From assembly GCA_965235115.1 (NCBI GenBank), contig OZ249448.1, positions 3,658,001 to 3,722,000 of the forward strand: 64,000 nucleotides of DNA. The letters run 5' to 3'. Position numbers and translations under genes: made by a program. A model generated the notes under the pieces. The model was not told where the DNA came from and ran no database searches. It saw only the letters and a list, made by a program, of their open reading frames with translations. Shown piece after piece: positions 10,676-21,343 of this stretch (its first letter is position 1; each line of letters begins with the position of its first letter). This DNA comes from Laetmonice hystrix. Its lineage: Eukaryota.

Positions 10676-12075
10676 GAGATTGGTATTATTTTGAGCTATG
10701 AAGAATTGGATTTTTACGGTAATCAGTATTTAACTAAAGCTTGGATAGTTCAAGTAGGCCTAAATTACACAAAAGCCAATAAACCTGAAGGAAGACAAGC
10801 AGCGAGACAAATTTCATCATTCGCAGCCATTAGTCCAGAGATGGCGTTCTATTTTGGGGATGGAATTGATGCCTTTTCCTTTTTATAGTAATGTGATAAT
10901 TTTATGCCGATGGGCCCCCTTTTCCTGAATATGTTTCGATGACATTTCAGTCAGTCAGCCAAGGTGACCGAAAAGTGTAAATAAATCTTTTAAAACATTG
11001 TACACAATAATCTGTTTTAAATCTTTCTTATCTCGTCCTGAGATTTCTCTTGGCTTGATAACTTCACAATGCTAGGTATACGTCTGCATACGCTGACCCA
11101 CTGGAGCAATGATAGTCCCTACTCAAGGTCTTTCTATACTTCTAGATGTCTCATACGTCTCTATACGTCTCATGTCCCCCATCTGATATGTATCGTCCGT
11201 TCTTACATCATTGTTATCGGCAGCAGCTGGTGTACGACACTAATTGACAAGTGACATATTGTAACTCCTGGGCAATGTAAACGTGTCTATACTGTGGCCC
11301 AAAAGTACAATATCTTTGTTTTATGTATATAAATATACATTTAATTGACAGGTCAGAATTCGTTTCGTAGCTGGCCGATACAACGAGATATCTGATAGGA
11401 GTAGAAAAAAATGGCCACCAAGGAAGGGGCATAATGATGACAATTGAAAAGAAATTATGTGCTACGAAGAGTATCTTTTGGGCCACAGTAAGATTAGTCC
11501 TTTTCTTTGCGATGGTACAAATACATACCATGGAGCTATGCCATGCAATGTCTCATCATCGACCTATGCGGGACCTTTGTCATCAAGTATTTTTTCTTGT
11601 CCCCACTCACTAATCCTTATTATATAGGACGTCAGTGCATGGTACGGTAACTATAAGCTACAGACTGGGATCTTTAATCACATAGAACGGAGCATGTACA
11701 AAAGTCCCATATAGTCTACAAGAACCGTGTTTCACAACCTTGAGGTACGTCCACATATAGTCCATTGTTTCGCCCTATCCATTGTTATAGGCCTATCTTT
11801 ACACCTCTGCGTACCAATGTTATCTCTGCAAACAATATTTTTTCATCTGGGTTATAGGTCTAGTTTTAGTTTTCGTTCAAAATTAGTTTTACACAGGGAA
11901 TATTTCAAAGTTTCGATTTCAGGAACTCTGTGGGATTTCATGGAGAAGTTTCCCATTTACAGCCGTTACGATCCGTTAATGTTTTATCTGTACTTTTGTT
12001 GAGATTTCCTACACAGGTACACGCAGTCTGACTGACGTGCCAGAAAGTCTCCCACGACAGACCGGATGTTCTATA

Positions 12076-12156
12076 ATGTCCCTTACTTTCGTCTTTATAC
12101 TGCTGGGATGCCTGTCAGGTTCAACCTCTGCGGCGCCGCGCAACCTTTACAAACAG
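12076..12156 (+). CDS. SLC31A: Ctr/SLC31A copper transporter, exon 1 (signal-peptide-like MSLTFVFILLGCLSGSTSA-APRNLYKQ)
   Basis: ATG with A at -3, 27 codons, donor CAG|GTATAC in phase 0, compatible with exon 2. This is the least certain exon. Confidence 0.65.
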
Positions 12157-13978
12157 GTATACGGCCCAGAATCCATGAACCCCTTCATGACCTAGATATG
12201 ACCTAGATGCTCATATACACAGAATATATACTGACGAAAGAGCTGCATTTGATGAAAGAGTTGATCTGTCATTTGGGTAAAGGCCCACCATCTTAGAGGC
12301 GGTCTATTTTGGTATAAGGAGGGCCGGGGGATTCGGACTTCCAGTGGGAACCCTATTTTTCATTTCTTTTTATAGTGTGGGGAAACAAATTCTTTGGACC
12401 AAGTTTAAGAAGAGCATGCGCTCCATACTCGGGCCCCCAATAAACCCCCACCCCCTCCATTTATAGCCTCCACACTCTGGTCATCATACCATTGCCAATG
12501 GGACCGTTTTTAGTCAAGTTATACATGTTCAGTCACCAATGGTCCTGGTCCTCCCGCAGAGGGCATAATACATTGATTATCTCCTACGTGTGTTATGTTG
12601 TTGTCCATCATTGTTTACATATCGTGCCATGGGTTGCAGTTGAACACACATAAACACACCATATCGATTTGTTGTTCACTTTTAATTATTTACCGTGATT
12701 ATTTTAATTATTTACAACAAAAACATACAAAGAATATAACTTGGCCAGGTTAGGCCCCCTACCACCATGGGCGGTGTTGACAAAATATGGAATTGTGTTA
12801 ATAGTAAGCCATGGCGGAGCAGATGGCACGTGTCTAACCACCTGCTGCATGACTGGTGGCAGGTGGTTGGCTGGTTGGTGGAGACAGAGGCAGACAGTGA
12901 CCGACCCGATGTTAGAGCTATGGCCATAGACAGAACATGGATATGCATATAACGGTACCTGTGCACACATTTAAGTAGGTTTCGGGTACGTTTTGAAAGC
13001 ACAATCCACCAGGATACATAATATACCAGTGGAGGCACAGCACCTATACCCGGCGGTGGTGGGACGTAGGTACATTTAATTTAAACAATTAACTAATTTG
13101 ATTTAACTCCATCAAACCATTAAATTGTAAGCAGCCGAGGCATACGGTACGCTTAGTTTGAGAATCATCAAATAGATAGGTCGACAGTTCGACATCCGAG
13201 AAGTTCACAGCCAGGCTTGTGAAAGTAAGGCCATGGTATGTGACATTCTATTATACACTAACCTACCCATTTTGTAATAAGAAAAGACCTATTTTGTAAC
13301 AGCCAATTTTATTTCAAAATGGCTCGGTTCTTTTTCTTTATACACAAAATACATGGCACATATCACAAAATTGGTCGATCATTACACATCATGGGCCTTA
13401 ACAAGGTCAAGGTGTACCCATCTCTATAGGGGGCTAACAATAACATGAACACATACAGGCGGGCAGAATGTGGGTTACCCCCTGCCCCCCCCCCCCCCCC
13501 CCCCCCGCACCGAATTTTTAAGTATACTGCCGCCACTACACTCGATCAACGAAACTCCGGCGAAACGTTGATCTGTATACGTTACGCCAGGTGGAGCCAC
13601 TTACTACGCAGTACCGGGGCCTGTTGATCGGCTAAACGCATTTCTTTATACCAGGGTCGTTATATATTCCCCAAGGGTAAAATTCAGGAACAAGACTAGG
13701 GGTAGGGATACGTTTTGTTAGGCTGAGCATAGAAAAGAACCTTGCCTAAAGAGTAGGGGTTGTCTCCCGGGTGGCAGGATTGCTTCTGACTTCATGCTAC
13801 CCCTCCACCGCAATTCACTCATTCAATCGCCGGGGGTAGGGGGTAGGGTTATCTTCGGGGCTGGGAACTGGGGTAGGGGTTAGGGGTAGGTTCGCACTCC
13901 TTACTCGTTTTGACCCATCCTCTGACTACACTGATTCGTATAGTACATACTGAATAGATCTGAATAGAATCCAATTTA

Positions 13979-14323
13979 TATACCTGTCAACATTTGGTCG
14001 ACGGAATCCGGAATCATCCCAAATTGACTTTTGATATTCTCTCTAAATAACCTATATGGGCCCCCTTTCTTTTATCCATCTCTCTCTCGTCCTCGATTTA
14101 CTAAACATAGTCTAGAGATCTAGTTATATGGCAGGGACCATAAACGATCTTTTTGCCAGTGAAACTCTGCCATGAGCAAGAGATTTAACATGTATTTGGA
14201 GCGAATCTATACTTATTCTGTAAATTTTATGATTCCGTAATATTTAGACAGTAATGCGGAATGCGGAATACCTCATTCAAATGCGGAAAGATTCCGCAGA
14301 ATGCGGAAGGGTTGGCAGGTATC
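13979..14323. mobile_element. MITE in Ctr intron 1
   Basis: ATACCTGTCAAC (13980-13991) versus GTTGGCAGGTAT (14311-14322), with subterminal (AT)GCGGAA/CCGGAA repeats. Flanks AATTTA/AATATA may be a degenerate 6-bp TSD. Confidence 0.55.
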
Positions 14324-14484
14324 AATATAAATCTGAGATAAATGAGGTTGATTTTATCACATAGGCCCGGCAGGTCTGGACGTGCAGAGGGAAGAAAGAT
14401 ATGCCGATCATATATTCATGAATTGGGTCACATGCAACCTTACGTTGGATATCTCTCAAGCTTACACAACATCACAACACAGAG

Positions 14485-14897
14485 TTACAATCGCAGGGGT
14501 TCGTACGTATTGTAGGGTTCCACACTTACAATCGCAGGAGTTCGTACGTATTGTATGGTTCCAAACTTACAATCGCAGGAGTTCGTACGTATTGTATGGT
14601 TCCACACTTACAATCGCAGGAGTTCGTACGTATTGTATGGTTCCACACTTACAATCGCAGGTGTTCGTACGTATTGTATGGTTCCACACTTACAATCGCA
14701 GGGGTTCGTACGTATTGTATGGTTCCACACTTACAATCGCAGGAGTTCGTACGTATTGTATGGTTCCACACTGACAACAATCGCAGGAGTTCGTACGTAT
14801 CGTACGGTTCCACACTTACAATCGCAGGAGTTCGTACGTATCGTATGGTTCCACACTTACAATCGCAGGGATTCGTACCTATCGTACGGTTCCACAC
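14485..14897. repeat. Minisatellite, 10 x ~41 bp, in Ctr intron 1
   Basis: Unit CACTTACAATCGCAGGAGTTCGTACGTATTGTATGGTTCCA. Confidence 0.97.
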
Positions 14898-14952
14898 ATA
14901 CTCTAAGTCGCCACAGAATTACATAAAGAAGAATATAACGTTCAACTTCCAG

Positions 14953-15006
14953 GTGGACTACGACCATCATGAAGAAACAACCGACGCATTCCGTGAGTTA
15001 GAAATG
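14953..15006 (+). CDS. SLC31A: Ctr/SLC31A exon 2 (VDYDHHEETTDAFRELEM)
   Basis: TTCCAG|GTG acceptor and ATG|GTACGT donor, 54 nt, phase 0-0. With exon 3 it creates the MxMxF motif (MTMYF). Confidence 0.8.
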
Positions 15007-15359
15007 GTACGTATAGCTCAGTAAAATGTAAAATATAAGTTTTCAAAGATATGAAAGAGAGGTCAGCCTATTTATTGGATATCTTAGATGTGGTGACACT
15101 GTAAAAAAGTAATACAAAAGCTACTGTATAACGTATCTTGTATCGAGATACACTATAGTGTAACTTCGGTATTACCGTAAATTATCGGTAACTTACGGAG
15201 CTATGAGACGCCCTACATGTTAATGTATAATAACAAGATATACTGGCATTGTTTTATTGTAAATTTACAGTAATCCTTAGAGCAGAGCTGTGACAATATT
15301 ATCGATATTCATTAGAAAATGTTTGTATATTTGTCACGTTTGTCACTATTAATCTGATT

Positions 15360-16173
15360 CATGTCTATCTCATTATCTGTGTTGGTTTACAGACATGTCT
15401 ATCTCACTATCTGTGTTGGTTTACAGACATGTCTATCTCAGTATCTGTGTTGGTTTACAGACATGTCTATCTCATTATCTGTTGGTTTACAAACATGTCT
15501 ATCTCTTTATCTGTGTTGGTTTACAGACATGTCTATCTCATTATCTGTGTTGGTTTACAGACATGTCTATCTCTTTATCTGTGTTGGTTTACAGCCATGT
15601 CTATCTCATTATCTGTGTTGGTTTACAGACATGTCTATCTCTTTATCTGTGTTGGTTTACAGACATGTCTATCTCATTATCTGTGTTGGTTTACAGACAT
15701 GTCTATCTCACTATCTGTGTTGGTTTACAGACATGTCTATCTCACTATCTGTGTTGGTTTACAGACATGTCTATCTCACTATCTGTGTTGGTTTACAGAC
15801 ATGTCTATCTCATTATCTGTGTTGGTTTACAGACATGTCTATCTCATTATCTGTGTTGGTTTACAGACATGTCTATCTCATTATCTGTGTTGTTTACAGA
15901 CATGTCTATCTCACTATCTGTGTTGGTTTTCAGACATGTCTATCTCATTATCTGTGTTGGTTTCCAGACATGTCTATCTCATTATCTGTATTGGTTTACA
16001 GACATGTCTATCTCATTATCTGTATTGGTTTACAGACATGTCTATCTCACTATCTGTGTTGGTTTACAGACATGTCTATCTCATTATCTGTGTTGTTTAC
16101 AGACATGTCTATCTCATTATCTGTGTTGGTTTACAGACATGTCTATCTCATTATCTGTGTTGGTTTACAGACA
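15360..16173. repeat. Minisatellite, ~24 x 34 bp, ending at the exon-3 acceptor
   Basis: Unit GACATGTCTATCTCA(T/C)TATCTGTGTTGGTTTACA, with a few 1-3-bp-shorter variants. Confidence 0.97.
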
Positions 16174-16240
16174 ATGTATTTCTACACTGGAACCGAAGCC
16201 ACGATACTCTTCAGTATCTGGACTACGACTGCCCTTCCAG
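16171..16240 (+). CDS. SLC31A: Ctr/SLC31A exon 3 (TMYFYTGTEATILFSIWTTTALP)
   Basis: TTTACAG|ACAATG acceptor and CCAG|GTAAAC donor. Carries the Ctr MxF..G....LF..W signature. Phase 0-1. Confidence 0.9.
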
Positions 16241-16809
16241 GTAAACCGTGAAATGTTCCTGCATGTTTCAAACTATTTCGTTGTTTAATTAAAACGCCTT
16301 AGTTAGGTTCGAGTTCTTCATTGATTCCTGTTTTTTTTAGTAATTTCAAAGTCTTTCGGCTTGTCACCTCATTATCAGTTCAGAGGAGCGCTTGTTTGTT
16401 TATCACTTGTGGACGGCTTGACATGGTACAGCTATGATACTCAGCTTATGTTCTCTTTCTGAAATAATTATTTATTTAGTCGGGACACAGCTAAAGGGGC
16501 ACACGAAGTATATCTATCAACCAAAAGTGCAAGTAGCATTTCAATCGCAGCCATTCCGTTGCTCAACACTTATATATAAAAAATACTTAGATACTGGTTG
16601 CAATTCGGCCCGAGTTGCATGTTATTCTATTGGTTGTGTTGTTTACATTCTCAATTTTAGATTCCTTTAACTCAGTTTTGCGGTCATTGCCACAACAAAC
16701 GTTTTCAAAAATCAACCATGGATAATGTCGGCAAATGTACTTGTATACCCTTCATGTGCCTCGTTCACATTACTGACGTATTTATTGCGGTTATTAATCA
16801 CCATTTTAA

Positions 16810-17058
16810 TTTTTGTACCAATATAACACATAACACGACAACTATTTCTGTACCAATATAACACATAACACGACAACTATTTTTGTACCAATATAACACA
16901 TAACACGACAACTAATTTTGTACCAATATAACACATAACACGACAACTATTTTTGTACCAATATAACACATAACACGACAACTATTTTTGTACCAATATA
17001 ACACATAACACGACAACTATTTTTGTACCAATATAACACATAACACGACAACTATTTT
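16810..17058. repeat. Minisatellite, 7 x 35 bp, abutting the exon-4 acceptor
   Basis: Unit GTACCAATATAACACATAACACGACAACTATTTTT. The last copy ends ...CAACTATTTTCAG|. Confidence 0.97.
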
Positions 17059-17061
17059 CAG

Positions 17062-17257
17062 GATTTTTAGTTTCCTGCTTTGTAATCGCCTTCGTGTCGG
17101 CCCTGTACGAGGGACTCAAAGTGTTACGACATATCTGGTTGCGCCCATCTTCATCACCATCGTCATGTAGAGTCTCTAAACCCGATCAAACAAAGCTCGC
17201 TAATGGAGAGACAAACTACGAGACGTTCCAGATAAAAGAAGAACCCACGACAAACTC
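17062..17257 (+). CDS. SLC31A: Ctr/SLC31A exon 4 (TM1 with YEGLK motif and cytosolic loop)
   Basis: GFLVSCFVIAFVSALYEGLKVLR. TTTTCAG| acceptor and CTC|GTACGT donor. Phase 1-2. Confidence 0.93.
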
Positions 17258-17357
17258 GTACGTGTTTAATACTTTCTACACGAAACATTTAACAATAGCT
17301 CGATCAAGGAGAAGTCACGATATCTCACAATGTACCATGTCGTAAACCCTATCAAGT

Positions 17358-17456
17358 ATCATTTCTATGAAATTAAATATCTAAGAATCAATCATGTCTA
17401 TGAAATTAAATATCTAAGAATCAATCATTTCTATGAAATTAAATATCTAAGAATCA
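17358..17456. repeat. Minisatellite, 3 x 33 bp, in Ctr intron 4
   Basis: Unit ATCAT(T/G)TCTATGAAATTAAATATCTAAGAATCA. Confidence 0.9.
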
Positions 17457-17656
17457 TGCATCGATATCATTTACCGGCCTAGTGTGAAATTAATGACCCC
17501 CCCCCCCCAAAAAAAACAAAAAAAAAAAAAAAACTGGGGCTTGTGTTTATAATCAGGCCTTAAACTCAAATTATTTTGTTTATCCCCCAGTGACCCCGCT
17601 AGTAAACGAGGATTGAAATCAAGCTCTGATTTTGAATTAATTGCGTGTTTTTACAG

Positions 17657-17840
17657 GTACTTCGGGACACATCTCCTGCAGAGTCTTCTACACTTAGTCC
17701 AGTTGACCGTGGGATACTGCCTGATGCTCATCGTCATGACCTTTAACCTTTGGTTAGGTCTGGCTGTCGTTTTGGGCGGAGGAATAGGATACCTGATATT
17801 TGCATGGAAGTTGTTTGACACACAGTCTAGTCAGGGTTAA
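17657..17840 (+). CDS. SLC31A: Ctr/SLC31A exon 5 (TM2 and TM3; protein total 194 aa)
   Basis: HLLQSLLHLVQLTVGYCLMLIVMTFN contains the MxxxM selectivity filter (MLIVM). GGGIG supplies the TM3 GxxxG. TTTACAG|G acceptor in phase 2; TAA stop. Confidence 0.95.
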
Positions 17841-18297
17841 AATACTGAAAAAAATAATTATAAAAAATCCCTTGTCTAGTAGACTAGATTAAAAGTATAA
17901 AGACTAACTGTCAGTTTTAAGATTTCAGTCATAACGACTGCTGTTAAATAATTTATATGAGCATGTTTGTTGGACGTATTAAAGATCACGCAGAAGGAAA
18001 CTTGCTTTCAAAGGTATCTTAAGTCCTATTGGGTCGATCACGCATGGTTCTAGACGATGTTTCAATAGCCTAAAATCTTTATATTGAGCCCTCCCCTGTG
18101 TTCGATGTCGCCGAACACTAGGCCTATATTAATTCCCCTAGCATAAAATAAACTCAGAGAGGAAAGATTCTAAGAAACGAGATTAAGTATTTTATCTACT
18201 TTTTTAAACTTCTACCGGGGCGTCGTCTAATGTCAAATCAAACGCGGCGTTACACCACCAAAAATTCTGCACTGCGGTTCTCCACAGCATGTATTAA

Positions 18298-18793
18298 AGA
18301 GGCAGGTAAAATTCCTCATTAACGTACCTTTGAACACCAGTAACACCATGTGAAGTGTCAAAGGTCGCGCCGATAAGTGGATCACTGTCTAAGGCAACTT
18401 TTAAAAATACCGTCTGGGTCATTCGCTATTTTCACACACCCTTATTGGGGCATGTTAACAAATACAGAGTTTGTGTGCGGCTATCGTTTGCAACCCTCTC
18501 TGAAATCGTCAATGAATCTGCCGCCATCATGGGCATGTTTCTGGTAAAAGTGGAATCGCAGTGGGACGGGAATAGCGGCACCCTGGCTGGAAATCTGCTT
18601 GGTTGGTTCCGCCTGGCGGCCACATAACAATTCGTGGACAAGTAGGGCAGACAAGCAGACGAAGTCAGCGGGAGAATGCCTAGCTACATTTCAGTTGTAC
18701 ATTAAAGATCAGACCACCACAGGATTGTAGGTAGGAACAAGCTTGTTCGTGCTGAACACCCTTATATTGATAGTTTGAACTTTTCTATGGCCT
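18298..18793. mobile_element. Kolobok-like non-autonomous element, copy 1
   Basis: TTAA at 18294-18297 and 18794-18797, with purine-pair (AG) termini. Internal sequence recurs inverted at 59786-60135. Confidence 0.65.
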
Positions 18794-21329
18794 TTAACAG
18801 AATCAATATGAAAAACATTCAGTGGCATAAAGTATTGGTGAGGAGATAAGCATGAATCTGAAGATTTCGGTCGATTCCAAGAATAAAACATTCCTTTACG
18901 AGAACCGTCGCTCCCAACATCCGTAACTGAATGTGGCACCACTAAACACCACCATGCATGTAGGCCTACAGTATGTCCCCCAAAAAATGATAGTCTGTGT
19001 TCCATTGTCAAAAAGAGATACTGGTTATGATCAGTAATGCGTGACCCTGTCAACACCAAACTTGCTGAGAGTTATCTAGGGGATCAAACTTTATGTTCAA
19101 CTTCAACTTCAAAATTCAAAATTCGACAATCCTCTAAAATATCACACCTAAAGTTAGACTATCTTTTTTTTTGGGGGGGGGGGGGCATACTGTAGAGTCT
19201 AGTCTTAATCTTAATTATCAACCGAATACAAGGTGGCTATAGGGACATGGGTCCACACTGGCCCTAGGTTGGGATTGGTAGCTAAACCGTACAAGCACCC
19301 GGGGAGGAGTTGACCTAGTTACGGACTACTTCATCCTAGTCCACGTATATGGCCCAGTCCCTCATTATCGCCTCCTCCATATGAAGGGCGATATGAAATC
19401 ACGAAATGGGTTTAGAGATTTTTGTGCCGCGGATTAAACCACAAATGTAACATATTGATATTATTAAGATGCCTCCTGAGTAACAATTTATACACAAAAG
19501 GTACTATATACCTCGTATACAATCGTGTAAATGCGGTAATGCCACTCAGCACTCCAGTATATGACAGTGACTCATTTGGCCCCCAAGCGGTGACCTTGGA
19601 TTGTATGGGAATGGTCGAACCGGCAAGAGCCGCGTCACTCACATTTTACCGGTAGGTGGCAGCAACTGTCTAAATTACATCAGGTAGGGTAGGGTATCCA
19701 GTCTGACATTTGGTGGGGCCTACGGCCACACCGGGCGTTAGCTAACTTTCACAGACTGGCTAAATAATTCAATGGATATCTTTTAATTTTAGCGAGGGAA
19801 ACAGTCCCCTTTCATTTAATTGTTTATGTTTCGCTTTTAGGAACTATAGTTCCCAATCTAACCGCTAGATGGGATCCGCCCTTCAACAGGTCGTTTATAC
19901 CCGGTCTAATATATAGGAATACAACTACGTGTATAGCAGTAGACCTTAGAGTGCAGTTTTATATTATAGTACAAGAACAATCGTAATGGTTACGTGAAAC
20001 CTACAGCTTACAACGCAGCAGTTGCTACTATCCAGGAGAATCTACAGCTAATCAATATCTAAATAATTGGCGTGCTATTTAAATATTAAGGAGCACGTAT
20101 AACTGTGCGCAGGGATGTGGAAGTACAGTGCCTTGAGTCCAGCAACAACGCAATTGGCTCCTCGAAACTCGTGCTCCTCGAGAGACCAGGTTAGGCGAAC
20201 GCTCGCAGCCAGTTGTGTGCTGTGGTTGCTTCACGCATGACTGAACAATCAATACACTTCTGCTATGGCCCGGTGCTTGGCAAGGTATGCCATGTTATGA
20301 TACCATTCTCCCATTATAATGTATCTTCTCTTCACTCTCGCCCCCTTTTGTCTATCCATATCCATATTCATAGATCTGCATTTGGTATGCATACTCTTTG
20401 CATACATTGAAATATAATGGTAGAAATGTGAAAAAAGAGAAGGTGGACCGTGAAATAGAAGAGGGAAGGGGGGGGGGGGGGTCAACAGGAATTGTCGGGC
20501 TTTTAGGAGGCATTTGCATATGTGCAGTTCGATTTCCAATGCTCTTTCGTACTTATTTAATTAAAGAAATAATTATACATTTGGGACAGATAAGAACCAT
20601 GCACAAAATGGGCCTCCCTACACGACCAACAGGAGGCAGGTCGAGAGTAAGGCCGGTGTGTAGTGGATTCTGGGCTCCCATCAACACATTTGTTACACAA
20701 ACAATAATTTGAAAAAATGGGTAGATATGGTGGCATAGTGATCTTCCTTCTTTCGTCCGTTCATCCGTTCCTTTCTTCCTTTTTTTTTATAGAAGGGCGG
20801 GGGGTGAGACATAGGTAGATTTAATATTTTAACACTAAAGTTCATAAGGCTGACCTCAGGTTACCATTCCTGCGTGGATCATAAAAAGGTGAGTTACGAT
20901 TTCATTTCTCACCGATCAAGTATTTAAACCGACCTACATTATTTTTTTTGATATCGTGGTTGTGCAGTCGTGACTGTCTTACTCAGATGACACTGGTAAA
21001 TTATACGTCCTAGTGTAACGAGACTGCCTTCCTCGTTCCCTTCCCTTCACTTTGGAGAAGGAAAGGTCGGGTATTTTTCAGTCAAGCCTCAGACCCTCGA
21101 GGGCACTTGATGTCCTATAGTTTCTACGTAAATAAATACCCACCTTCAATAGAACACGGTAAACAAACGTCAAACATGCTCTAGCCCGATACATCTTTAT
21201 TGAAATCTCCATGGTCGCCATCGTTACCACGCCACTAACCTATTATTGACATCAATGAATCAGTAGGCCCTCCGTCATACCTGTCGCCTTCATCGCCAAG
21301 GTGCCTACATATGGTCGTCTCTGTAACCA

Positions 21330-21343
21330 CCACCAGATGGCGG
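21330..21343 (+). promoter_or_regulatory. CTCF-like motif
   Basis: CCACCAGATGGCGG. Confidence 0.3.

Noticed and set aside
12066-12068. Upstream ATG as the Ctr start
   Set aside because: Out of frame with exon 2 (stops after 36 codons once spliced) and in weak context. At most an overlapping uORF.
12962-12968. MRE core TGCACAC in Ctr intron 1
   Set aside because: A single 7-mer is expected by chance; no cluster.
14993-14998. Consensus donor GTGAGT inside Ctr exon 2
   Set aside because: Using it shifts the frame and removes the first Met of MTMYF; 15007 fits the family alignment.
14382-15024. Long ORFs across the 41-bp array read as genes
   Set aside because: Repeat-derived; only the last 18 codons (14953-15006) have splice and homology support.
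15361-16288. Three ~270-300-aa ORFs as stand-alone membrane proteins
   Set aside because: A 34-bp stop-free unit opens all frames; relevant only as possible exon-3 extensions (see findings).
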